Assembly: GCA_964019335.1 (NCBI GenBank)
Contig: OZ025704.1
Location: 124,001-188,000, forward strand
Length of the DNA: 64,000 nucleotides
Direction: 5' to 3'
From: Diplonema japonicum
Lineage: Eukaryota; Protista; Euglenozoa: Diplonemea
Part shown: piece by piece, positions 35,134 to 46,985 of the stretch
Numbering within the stretch: position 1 is the first letter of the stretch
Layout of the letters: each line of letters begins with the position of its first letter
Position numbers and translations under genes: made by a program
Notes under the pieces: generated by a model
Told to the model about the DNA's origin: nothing
Database searches by the model: none
Seen by the model: only the letters and a program-made list of their open reading frames with translations

Positions 35134-38100
35134 ATGGATAAACGAGTAGCGGTGCTCTTGCCGGTGATTATATTATTGGTGATGTACATGAAAACGAAGA
35201 AAAGTAGCAGGGGAGGGGGCGAGGGGAAGAAGAAAAAAGTGCGCGGCGGGGTGGGAATGTTGATGTCGATGCTGATGCCGAGCGTGGGCGCCGGAGAAGG
35301 GAGGCTGGAGATATTGATCATGGCGCTCCTGTGCTTTGTGAGGATCTACCTGATGTCGCTGTCGTCGAAGCTCTACCAGAAGCTGGTGGAGGCGGACCTT
35401 GTGAAGGGGGGACGGTTCTGGAAGTTATGGCGCACCGTGATCATGCTTGGCATGGCACACACCCTGAACGACCAGACCATCAAGTACTACGGGAAACGGT
35501 TAGGAATTGTGTGGCGTGAGAAGCTCACAAAAACCTTGCACGACTCATACTTCAAGGGCTTCAGGTACTACTCTGCCACCCATGGTGTGACTGCCTCCGG
35601 TGATATCATCGCAGCCGATGTGAAGGAGGTCACGGGCCGCCTGTCGCAGATGATCGCCGAGGGCCTCCATGCCGTCACTGCTGGTGTCTTCTTCTCTTAC
35701 CTTGTCGGTGCACGCTTTGGTGCGCGCTACGCTATCATGCCTTATCTTTACCTCTGGATGGGGTTTGTACTCTCCTCGAAAATCGCCCCCGTTAACTGGG
35801 CAAAGGTCCAAGGCCAGATTAGAAACAACTTCACAGAATGCCGTGAAGCTGTCTCCCGTGTCGTGACCCACCAGGAGCCCATTACTGCGCAGAAAGGCGA
35901 GCAGTACGAAAAGGCTGTCATCGAAAGGAACTTTAAAACGTGGGTTGCCTCGCAGCACGTTGCAGGTCGGGCTGTCATCTGGTCCGGTTTTGTGAGCCAG
36001 ACCGTTTTCAAGTGGTGGATCCGTTCCTTCCTCGGCACCATGGTGATCGGCCCCTACACCCTCAGAGGGATCAAGAACATGGATGAGAAGACTATGCAGC
36101 AGCTGCGCAGTCAGATCGGTTACCACTTCATGCTTGTGAAGGAGTCGTTCATGGCCGCCGGGAACACGGCAAAGATCCTGTACCAGCTGAACCAAATACA
36201 GGGTTCTGTGAAGAGGGTGTGCACGCTGATCACTGCGTTGGAAGAGACGCCCGACCCGCAGGGGAACTTCGTGCACGAGGACGCCATCAAGTTCGACAAC
36301 GTGCAGATTGCGATGCCGACAGGACAGGTGCTTGTCGACGACCTGACCTTCTCCCTTGAGAAGGGCGACTCGCTGCTGCTGACCGGGCACAACGGGGCAG
36401 GGAAGTCCTCCATCTTCAGGTGCCTCGGCGGCTTGTGGTCCATCAACAAGGGGCTCATCACAAAGCCTGGTTCCGACGGCGACGAGGGTCTCCACCACAA
36501 GGTCTACTACCTTCCGCAGAAGCCGTACACCGTCCTCGGCGACCTCTCCAGCCAGATCACCTACCCCGACGACATCACACTCGACGAACCCGAGCTCCGC
36601 GAGATCCTCTCTGAAGTGGGCCTCGAGTACCTTGTGGACAGCACTATCACGGACTGGGAAGGGCTGTCTCTCGGCGAGCAGCAGCGCCTTGCCATCGCAA
36701 GGCTGTTGCACCACAAGCCCTCCTTCGCCATCCTCGACGAGTGCACGTCTGGCGTAAGCGGTGAGATGGAGAAGAAGCTGTACATGATCTGCAAGATGCA
36801 CAACATTACTTACATCACCATCTCCCACAGGCCTGTCCTCAAGGCCTTCCACAAGAGGATGTTGGAGATCGGACTCGGCGACGGGAAATATGAGTTCTCC
36901 GACCTGAGCAGCTTCGAGGAGCCTGACTATGGAGTATCCATGAGCCCGATGAGTCCAGGGAAGAAGACTACGGAGGAGGTGGCCCAGCAGAATGAGAAGC
37001 CTAAGACTGATTGCTGCGAGTCGCAGTGGCCTGCCTTGGACGTCGTGCGCATGGCGTGGCCTGAGAACGGGAACGCCAAGTTGGCAGCCATCGCGACGTG
37101 CCTTGTGGGGCAATCATACATGCAGACGAAGCACTCCGTCATCTTCGGTGGCATGCTTGGCTCCATCTTCACACAGGACTCGGAACTGTTTTTCGACGCT
37201 TTCAAACAGGGCTCTGTGTGCAGCGTGGTGGGGTCCGTGTTTGAGCAGGTGATGGAGTACATTGTGCGCGAGTGGAACACGGAGATGAAGCAGAAGCTGA
37301 CAGAGAGGTTCTCAAAGAAGCTTCTAGAGCCAAATGCGTGCTACAACCTGACGCAGATCGACGGCAGGATCAAGGACCCGCACCACAGGATGACCCTCGA
37401 CGTGGTCGCTTTCTCCGACGCTGTGTCGGAGCTTATCCCGCAGCTCGTGAACCCCTTGGTCACCATCGGGTTCTCGGTAAGTGGCATGGCTCAGTTCGTG
37501 GGCGCCGAGACAATTGGTGTGGTGGCTGGGTATGTGGTGGCAGGGTATGGGATCATCAAGGTGAGCCTCCCCGACTCCAAGACGTTGGTGAAGAAGGAGA
37601 GCGGCGAAGAGGCGCAGTTATGCAGCATCCACAGCAGGGTGACGAGGTTCGCAGAATCCATCGCGTTCATCGGCGGCGGACAACGCGAGAGGCTCATCGT
37701 CGAGAAGAAGATGAAGGACGTGCTGGCCGTCACCGAGCAGCGTGTGAAGGAGTCCTGGAAGTTCGGGTTGGTGAACGGAATGGTGGTCCGCGAGGGCCCC
37801 ACCGCCCTGTACTGGCTGGTCCGACACGAGTTCAACAAACTGTCTGGTGCACTGAATAGCAAGACGACCGAGGACTACTTCAAGCTAGCCCAAGGACACG
37901 TTTTCGCACAGGAGGCGGTGCAGTACATCTTCAGTGCGTTGGGGCAGCTCCTCGACTCGACGGAGAAAATCGAAAGCCTGTCGGGCAACGCACTGCGCAT
38001 CGTGGAGCTGGACAACGCCTTCAGCTCCTTGAAGACAGACAGGAACGCTTCGAGGAACTATCGCAAAGCACAGCACGTGCAGGTCACCGACGGGTGCATC

Positions 38101-38608
38101 CAGACACCTACAGGCGTGTCAATGGCATCTGGTTTGAACCTAACAGTCACACCCGAGACACCCTTGATGGTAACAGGGCCCAACGCCTGTGGGAAGACAG
38201 GGTTCTTCAGGATGCTGTGCGGGCTGTGGCCCACACCGACAGGGACTGTGGAAACTCCCCAAGACATGTTCCTGGTACCGCAGTCGATCTTCATGGTGTC
38301 GGGCACGCTTGCTGACCAGATCACCTACCCTGTGCATGTGCAGGACAAGCAGCTGGATTCTGAACTGTGCTGCAAGCTTCTGGAGCTGGTCGGGATAGGG
38401 TACCTCTCTGGTCGTGAGGGGTGGCATCACACCAAGCCCTGGGAGAACATCCTCTCCCTTGGCGAACAGCAACGCCTTGGCATGGCCAGGCTTTTCTACA
38501 ACAAACCGAAGTTCGCTATTCTCGACGAATGCACCTCCGCTGTGTCAACAGATGTGGAACACAGGCTGTACAAAGAGGTATGATGTTGGGGAAAGGGGGG
38601 GGGAATGC

Positions 38609-38639
<31 letters not shown>

Positions 38640-38757
38640 GAAAAATCTTGGTGTAACTTGTATCACCTTGAGCCAGAGGCTGGCTTTGAATGAGTTCCAC
38701 ACGCAGGAGCTTGCTTTGAACAGTGACAAGACTTGGAAGATTTTGGATGTGGAATAG
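35134..38757 (+). CDS. Full-size ABC transporter subfamily D (peroxisomal/glycosomal fatty-acyl-CoA importer; TMD-NBD-TMD-NBD), ~1187 aa; intron 38578-38637
   Basis: NBD1 GHNGAGKSS, YYLPQKPY, LSLGEQQRL, ILDECTS, ITISHR; NBD2 GPNACGKT, LSLGEQQRL, ILDECTSAVS; EAA-like ESIAFIGG; last exon restores GVTCITLSQRLALNEFH. Confidence 0.93.
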
Positions 38758-39754
38758 AAGAGAAGAGTTACAGTTTGCCCCCCACCCCCCCTCGTTTATT
38801 TTTGCTCTTTTTTTATGACTTTTTTACTCCGTTGTGATTGTGCTACCTTTTTTTTTGTTGTTTTGTTTTTCTTTTGCCGTTGCGCACGAGCAAAGAGTGG
38901 CTCGCCTATATTCTTTCTTATTATTATTTTTTTTTTTGAATCTTGTTTATTCTTTTAGCAAGGGGACAGTTAAATGCAATAAAAAAAACACAAAAAGAAC
39001 TTTCTTTTTTAAAAAGGTTTTATAATAAATAAAAAAAAGAACAAGGTTTTTTTTCTGTTGTTGTGTTTTTTTTTTCTCACCCCCCTTCTACTTCGGTGAT
39101 CTTCTTTTTTTCAAGGGCGCCGCCAACACCGGCCTCTTTTAACTCATATATTTTTTTCTTTCCCCCCACAAATGTCCGGCTGAATAATACTTTTTTTTCA
39201 AAATTCTGAATAACTATAAGAAGTTTTCTTCGTTTTCTTCTTCGAGCTTACTCCCCTGTCCACCTTGATTTTCGCATTTTAAAAAGCTCAGCCAGACATC
39301 TCAGCGCACCTGCCAGTAGCTTGTACAAGCAATCCGAAGACGGATTCATCAAAAAAAAAAAAGAGAAGTAGGAAGGGTGTGCTTCTGGAAACTTTCTTTC
39401 AATCTCGTCCTTTTTTTTTTTATATCTCGAAATATCTTTTAAAAGAAAATTGTACTTCTTTTTTTTCCCCCCCTCATTTCTTTCCGTTGTCTTCACAGAA
39501 GCTACCATTTCTTTTCTTTTTTTTTGTTATTCTTTTTGTTTATTTATTTTTTTATGGAGAAGGGTGGGTAGGTAAAAGAGGGGATAAAGAAGAAATAAAG
39601 CCCCCCCCCCCCACCCGAAAATCATCAAAACAAGACCCCCCCCGTGTGTTCTCCGGTCCCGTCTCCACCCTTCATTCCATTCATTCTCCCCACTTCATTT
39701 TTCTTTTTTTTTTTCTCCATCATACCACGGGCAAAAAAAAAAAAAAAAAAAGAA

Positions 39755-40990
39755 ATGCCAGGAGCAAACGGAATCCCTCTGTCGCTACTGTATAACTTCG
39801 AACTGAATGTGCACCGGTTGGGTTGGTTTTCAGCAACGCCACCAAAAGGCGGGAGATTACTACTGGTCTTCAGGCTGTGGGACTTCCCACCTCTCACAGT
39901 GGAATGCTGCAAAGATGGTGTCATCGCTGGAAGCGGCGTAGCAGTGATAGAACTCGGAAAAAACTGCATGTTCGAAGGGTCCTCAAGCGACGTAGGCAAA
40001 GCACTGCCTCTTGAACTTGTCGTCCTCCTCGTCGATGACCGCAACGGCCGAAAAAGAGTCCTCGCCAAAAACAGCACCACCGTGGGGTCCACATGCGATC
40101 AAGCCGCTACATTAAAAACAGCGAGAAATAACATAGAAATCCCCCTCCTTGACACAATGGACACCCCGTTCTGCATCGCGACTGTCTCATACCTGCTCAA
40201 CGCAGTGGGTCCTTATTACAAGGATCAAAACCCTTCCACAGCGAAGCCTGCTCAGTACGTTCAATACAAAGCAGAAGAAGGGCGGCCTTCTGTCCCATTG
40301 GAGGATGTAAGCACAGCAGACACCATTGGTGGCTTCATTAGGAAAGAGGTTCTCTCGCAGCTGTCCAGCTGCATCGATTCACTGCTACGGTATGATGATG
40401 TGGAAGACCTTGCGGTGGACGATGTGGTACGGGGTGCCGGTGCTGGCGTATTCGCCAGGCAGATAGGACTGATCCAGCAACTGCAACACAACACAAGCAA
40501 GCTAGCTAGCGTGGTCGAAGAAGCGTACTACAAGAAACACGGGATACGTAAGCAGACCATTCCGAGCAACGACGACAGCCCTGCAAAACGAATCCCGAAA
40601 AAAACAAAAAAACCGAAGAAGAAGAAAATGCACAAAGTCAAGCTCACGCCCGAGATGGCTGCCAAGCTTGCTCTTGCAGGAGGGGGTGTGAACATTTCTT
40701 CTGTTATACCAGTAGTGCTTGCTGCCGTTGTCGCAAACAGTGCATTCCAGGTTTTATCCCCTGACCTCCTTGCTCTGACAGGAGGGCGGTCCTCCAATTT
40801 CGGTCTTACGTCACCTGCAGAGCCTGCCCGTTCAAAATCCCCTCTTATTGGCGTACCCGTCCAAGATCGCAAGGACTCCATCAGCTCGCAGCACGACCTT
40901 GAGCTGACAGGGTACAGCAACTTCGAAGTGGACGAGGGAAGTGTGGTGTGCCACAGCACTGAGATATCTGAGTTCTCCGATCCCGAATGA
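39755..40990 (+). CDS. Protein with N-terminal MAP10/HPHLAWLY-like C2-type domain (~411 aa)
   Basis: FRLWDFPPLTV...GKNCMF resembles the MAP10 FRLLDFP...GKSCLF motif (recalled, not searched); ATG follows an A-tract. Confidence 0.65.
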   Translation: MPGANGIPLSLLYNFELNVHRLGWFSATPPKGGRLLLVFRLWDFPPLTVECCKDGVIAGSGVAVIELGKNCMFEGSSSDVGKALPLELVVLLVDDRNGRKRVLAKNSTTVGSTCDQAATLKTARNNIEIPLLDTMDTPFCIATVSYLLNAVGPYYKDQNPSTAKPAQYVQYKAEEGRPSVPLEDVSTADTIGGFIRKEVLSQLSSCIDSLLRYDDVEDLAVDDVVRGAGAGVFARQIGLIQQLQHNTSKLASVVEEAYYKKHGIRKQTIPSNDDSPAKRIPKKTKKPKKKKMHKVKLTPEMAAKLALAGGGVNISSVIPVVLAAVVANSAFQVLSPDLLALTGGRSSNFGLTSPAEPARSKSPLIGVPVQDRKDSISSQHDLELTGYSNFEVDEGSVVCHSTEISEFSDPE

Positions 40991-41394
40991 AATGGCCTTG
41001 TTAGGGTTTAAGGACCAGCGTACTCCCTGAGCGACGCTTGGGTGTGACCGCGGTCGATGTTCTTAGCGCAGAGGCCGTTCCATGACTGACAGGCGCTGGA
41101 CTGGATGAGCCGCATAGTAGTGACACCCAGTACACGCAAGAATAGATTGAGTTTAAAAAAAAGAAAAAGAGAAAAAAAAAAAAGAAAAAAAAAAAAACAT
41201 ATGTATAGATTTTTTTTTTTTGTTTGTTTGTAACAAAGTACTGCAGTATTTATCCCCCAGGGATTTATACCGTGTACCACAAAACCCACCACACAGCAAG
41301 AAAAAAAAAAAAAATCGAGCGCAAAGTGGCAACCTGCACGGGGTGTGATTGGGAGGCACCTTACTACTCTCCGGAAGTGGAATCGCTAGATGCT

Positions 41395-42625
41395 ATGAAT
41401 GAGAAGCCAATACACGTTTCGGGAAGCAGCGGGGAGGCGGACAAGGGCGTGAAGGACGCCACAATAGGGACGAGCAACAGCTTCGCGTGCCTAGAAACCT
41501 GCGGGGCGGTGATGAGCGAGGGCAGCACCGGAAGCCAAAAGGTACCCAGAACACACAGCGAAGACGAAAGCGACATTCTACTGGACAACAACAGCGACGA
41601 GAGCGAAGTTCTAAGCGAGCAGCAAGAAGAACAACAGCTCAACCTGAATTCCTTGTTCACGTTCAACTACAAGGCGTCCGGCCACCACCTCATGTTCCGC
41701 ACCAACGACGGGAAGATCGCTAAAGAGTCAACACACGAAGAGGAGCGTTTCTACACAGCACCAGAGGGGAAGCTGTTCTCCAGCTTCACAGCACAATACG
41801 CTGGTACAGGTTACCTCCACCAGAAGGACATTCAGCTCCTCGTCCAAAGGGAACACGACGAAGCACAGGGTACAGAAGGGTCCGTTCCCACCCGTCTTGA
41901 GGAATCGGGTCCTGCTACACCATCGTCCATGACAAAGAGGAAGAAGTTCATCTTGTTGAGAGACGTGATCAACGGGTTCAAGAAACCGTGCGTTTTGGAC
42001 ATTAAAATGGGGATCCGAGGGTACGGGCTGAACGCGACGCCTGTGAAGCGGAGGAATAAAATTAAAAAAATGTTTCAAACAACGAGCTCAACCTTGGGGG
42101 TATGGAGGGGAAAAAAAAAAAAAAAAAAAAAAAACACAGTTCCGCATACACGGCATGAAACGGTGGGACGCAGCATCTCAAAGTTACATCATGTCTGACA
42201 AGTACGTGGGCCGGGGCCTTGGTATAGAGACGATGAAAGGGTTTCTCTCCAGATTCTTCGTCACTCAGGAAGAGCCTGATTACCGGCTTGCCGAGATATT
42301 CCATGCACGGCTGAACATGCTCTCAGACCTCTTTGAAGATCAAGAGGTCTTTCACTTCTACACGTCATCTCTGCTTCTCTACTTTGACCATGAAAATCCT
42401 TATGAAACGGCGGATGTGAAAATGATTGATTTTGCCTTTAGCTACCCTGTGCGGGATATATTGAAGGTGGAGCCGTCGTCTTCTTTGAAGGATGAGGGTT
42501 ACCTCTTTGGTTTGCGGAACCTGACGCGTCTCTTGAGTAGTATAACCTCGTGCACCTCGTTCACCCCTTACCCTGCTAAGGCGATTAAAACGTTGCTTTG
42601 CTCTGATGAATTTGCGGTTGCGTGA
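41395..42625 (+). CDS. Inositol polyphosphate kinase (IP6K/IPMK family), ~396 aa; intron 42100-42139
   Basis: PCVLDIKMG, spliced TTSSTLG|FRIHGM, SSLLL and MIDFA motifs. Confidence 0.92.
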
Positions 42626-42935
42626 GAAAAAAAAAAAAAAAGAAAAAAAAAAAAAAAAAAATGTAGTGCATGCTCGTTTTCTTTTTTATTATTATTATTA
42701 TTATTTTACTCTCCTCGGTTTTTTTTTTTTTTTTTCTTTTTTCTTTTTTTCGCTTCATCCTTTATAAAAATTTTAAAAAAAAAAAAAAAAAAAAAAAAAT
42801 CAAGAATCATAATCATCAGGCTTCGGCCTTTCCAAAGGAAAGCTTACCCCCGTGCCCGTGATAGGCTGGTCTTAACCGGATCAGTGTGCTGGCGGGGATT
42901 TCTGTGAAAAATGTTAACCGAGGAGTAAAATAAAT

Positions 42936-43619
42936 AATAGCTATTTATTAAGTGAAAATAAGATAGCATTATTTCACGCGTGGTGGCAGGGGGTTTAACG
43001 AGTAGGGATCTTAGTTCACTTGCTGCGCTCGTGAAGTAAAAAGCTACGAGTTAAACCTGCCACCACAAGTGGAATAATGCTCTTATTTTCACTAATACGT
43101 TGTTTTATTTAACAAGAATCGGGTTTGAAAGGGTGGGAGGTTACAGGGTTGGGATTTGGGTTACAGTGTGTGGGAGATGCAACGTCGCTAAATTTCAGTT
43201 TGTGCGACTCTTTTGTCCTCATCCCGCTTGCAAACATGCAAGCTGCATATGCCTGACACATGTTGTAGGGGTCGCTGAATTTCACTGCCAGATACTCTTT
43301 CATTTGTTCCTGACACCGAAGCTTTTTTTTTTCGCCTCATGGCCTTCTTCAAAAGAAGTGCAACCCCGGGAAAGCTCTGCATTTTTTTACCGAAGTTTCG
43401 TTGGGTGATGGCGTTGATCTTGCTGTAACTTGCCCTAAACCTAGGTGGAATAGGTGAACTTAGGCCCAGGAGTGAAATAATGTTACATTATTTCACGCTC
43501 GAACATTATTTCACTCCTGGGCCCAAATTCAAGGTAACTGGGAGTGAAAATAAAGCTGGGAGTGACATAAAGTAAAATCTTATTTTCGCTCCCACCCTTG
43601 AAAACCCGGCTCGAGTTAT
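42936..43619 (-). mobile_element. 684-bp non-autonomous tyrosine-recombinase (Crypton-like) element, copy 2, intergenic
   Basis: Same length and ORF track as copy 1 (offset 15737); I saw two substitutions; flanked by ATAAAT on both sides (42930-42935, 43620-43625). Confidence 0.9.
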
Positions 43620-45201
43620 ATAAATGGAATTAAAAACAAACAAAAAGAAAAAGAAGAAGAAGAAGTCACAAAGAGGAAGTATGGAGAGGAGAGAAAAAAA
43701 AAAAAGAAAATCAAAAAAAAAGGGGGGAATAAGAGAGAAACCGAGACCCTCTTTCTCTCTCCCTCATTTTCACTTCCTTTTGCTCTTTGTACGTAACAAA
43801 ATACTGTGGAAAAGCAGTATATAGTCCCAATGCACAAACAAAGACAGGTTATGTGTGGTTTTTTTTGGGGGGGTATTTTTTTTTTCTCTTTCTTTCGTTC
43901 TTTCTCCCCTTCCCGCCCGTTAGATTATGGAAAGATTCGTTCCACTTTGTTATTTCTTTGTTCCTTTTTTTCTGGATCCCCCCGACCCCATTTTTTTTTT
44001 TTTTTTTCAAAAAAAAAAAAAGAATACTTTTGGAAGCCGTCAAGAAACTTTCTCGATTCATGACGTTGCCGTGGTTACTGTCCTTTTATGGGAAGGTTAT
44101 GTAAGAACACTGCTGATTACAATGTAGCAGATGTTCTACTAGAAATCAAGAGTAGACCAGCCTTTTTTTTTTTTTTTTTATCCTCCACACACTCTTTTTT
44201 TTACCCTATCCGTCTTTCCTGCCTTCCCCCCCCCCTTTTTTTTCCCTTTGTTCCAAAAAAATTGCGCCCCATATCTCTAAATTCCGTGTCTGGTCAATCC
44301 TGAACTTGCTCTAAGAAGAGGGCTATACTACCCGGGGTTTTAGAGATATGAGGCTTTTTTTTTTTTTAAATAATTATAATAATAATAATAATAATAAAGA
44401 TTTAAAAAAAAAAAACTAGAGAAAAAGAAAGTTCAAAATCATGCAAAGATGGTGATTCCCCCCCCCCCCCCCCCGTTACTTTCTTTTTTAACCCCCCCCC
44501 TTTTCCCCCTCCCCCCCCCTTTTTTTCTTTCGAAAATCTGTTTCTATGGCTCAGTGCAAAATTACTTTTAAAAAAAAGTTTTTTTTTATAGCAAAAACCT
44601 TTTTACTGTATTGTACTCTTACCGAATTTAGGATAAGTAGATGGATCTGCGCTGGGTGGATGTAGACATGATATGTCTGTTGGCTTTGAGGCCACAACAC
44701 GCGGATCTCTGGGAGTGACACAAAAACAGAAAGCACAGGGCGGACGGGCTGAAGATTTGCCCTCAAACAATCGCCTTTTTTCCCCTCCTTTTTTTCTAAC
44801 TTTGAAGGCATCCCCCCCCCCCCCCCCCCCCCATCCTCTTCTTTTCGTTCTTTTTTACCCCCCTTCCACAAAGAAAAAAAAGTTTTTTTTTTTTAGCCGC
44901 CTGGTATAACTAGGAAGGTTTTTTTTTCTCTTTTTTTTTTCCCTCTTTTTTTTTTTGCTGGAGCGAGTAAGCAAGCTTTTGAAAAGAATTGTTATTGCAA
45001 AAAAAAAAAAAAAGAAAAGAAAGAAAAAAGAGTAGGCGGCTTGTCCGTTATTTCCTCTGTAGGTGAAAAAGGCTTGCGCAAACAATCAGCCGACAATGTT
45101 GACTTTTTCAGTCAGTAGTGTTTAAAAAAAAAAATGAGGGGAAGAGAAAAATTAAAAAAGAAAGTCGTTGAAGAACAGTTTTGCAGAAACGTCTTTGAAG
45201 G

Positions 45202-45240
<39 letters not shown>

Positions 45241-45528
45241 TTAAAAATAAAAAATAAAAAAAAGAAGGGGGGACAAAAGTGCTCGTGTGCACAAACAAAA
45301 TCCAGAATTACTACAATAGTTTTCTTTTCTTTTCTTTTTTTTTTTTTTTCCTTTTTTTTCCTCTCCCCTTTTTTTTTCTAGGGGAAAGGGGGAAAGGAGA
45401 AGTCTTTCTTTAAAAAAAAAAAAAAAAAAAAAGTGGTGAAAGTCTGTTACTAAAAGCCCTCATAAATCCACCTTTGAGTGTGCTATGGTCAGGTTTGGCC
45501 CTATAAAGTTTTAGTTGTAACACCCCTT

Positions 45529-45567
<39 letters not shown>

Positions 45568-46543
45568 ACCCTCATTTCTCTACTAGCTTTTTGCCGGTCA
45601 GGCAATTATTGGGGGGGGGGGGGGGGGAGAATGGAAAAACAAAAACATGAAAACAAGTTTGTGCTCATTATCTTTTAGTTTTTTTTTCTCTTTTTTTTTT
45701 TTTTTTTTTCCCTTTCATATGTGTAAGGTCCACAGTGGTCTTTGCTTGTCAGACAAAATGTGAAAAAGAACGGAGGGGTGGGGGGAGTAGTAGTCAATAC
45801 CCTTCTTTCTTTTCTTCTCCTTTTAATTTCTAGCCCGTCGTCCCAAGTTGAGAATAGCAGATGAAGAAGAAAAGAAAAAAAAAAGTAACATGAGAATATG
45901 GGAACAGAGAGTGCTATAGTATTTAAAATAAAGAAATCACTTAGCCTATACTCTGTTTTCTCCTCCCCCCCTTTTTTTTTTCATTTTCACTTCTTTGCTG
46001 CTGTTCAGCAATTTTGGCAAGTAGCCGGAAATATGACGCGAAAAAAAAAAAAGATTTTTTTCCCCCCTTCCCTCCCTCTTCCACAGTATTAAATAATCTT
46101 CTTACTTATTTTTTCTTTTTTTTTTTTATTGCACCCCTCTTTATTCACTTCCAACTTATGCCATAGAAAAGTTTTTTTTTTTGTTGGCGGAAGGGAACGG
46201 CTGAGGGGAATCCAGTTCAGCGAAACCCAAAGTTCATTTCTTTATTCTTCTTGTTTTGTCATTTCAAAAAGAAAATAAAAGATTTGCATCAAGGTGAAGC
46301 TCATATCTTCCCCCCCCCCTTTTTTTTTCCCCCTCATCTTTCGCATCTTACCGCATTTTAAATCAAGAAGTCCTAATAGCCTATCAAGAGTTGGATACAG
46401 AAAGTTTTTTTTCTGCACCCTAAAATCCAACTTCTGGAATATAGTTTCGGGCAAGTAACGCCCACGTCCTTAACAATTTAAAAACACGGTATTTTGTGAG
46501 GGGGAAAAGGAAAGAAAGGGGAAAAAAAGAAAAGCAACCCCCT

Positions 46544-46577
<34 letters not shown>

Positions 46578-46930
46578 GTGCCCCCTTTAAAAAAAGGGGG
46601 AAATAGCAAAGCAAAAAAAAAGAAAAGAATTGCGGTTTTTATCTTGCGTACCCCTCACCCCCTTCCCTTATCCCCCCCTCTCCCAAGCTCTTTTTTTATT
46701 ATTTTTTTATTTCACTCCCCATTTTATTCTTCTCCCTCTCCCCCCCATTTGCATACTTTCTCCCCCCCCCTCCCTTTTTCTCGTTTCCACACCCCCCCCC
46801 TCACATTCTCTATTCTTGGTTTTATATTTTTTATTTTCATTTACTTTTCTTTTCTTTCTCATCCCCCCATTTCCCCAACTAGAAAATTCAAGTTTTACAC
46901 AGGTGAAGTTGGCAGGAGGGCCACGGGGGT

Positions 46931-46961
<31 letters not shown>

Positions 46962-46985
46962 AGAGAAAACAAAAACAAAAAGAAA

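Noticed and set aside
40988-41150. TGA readthrough/SECIS after the MAP10-like ORF
   Set aside because: In-frame TAA follows within six codons and no convincing SECIS core or apical AA geometry is visible.
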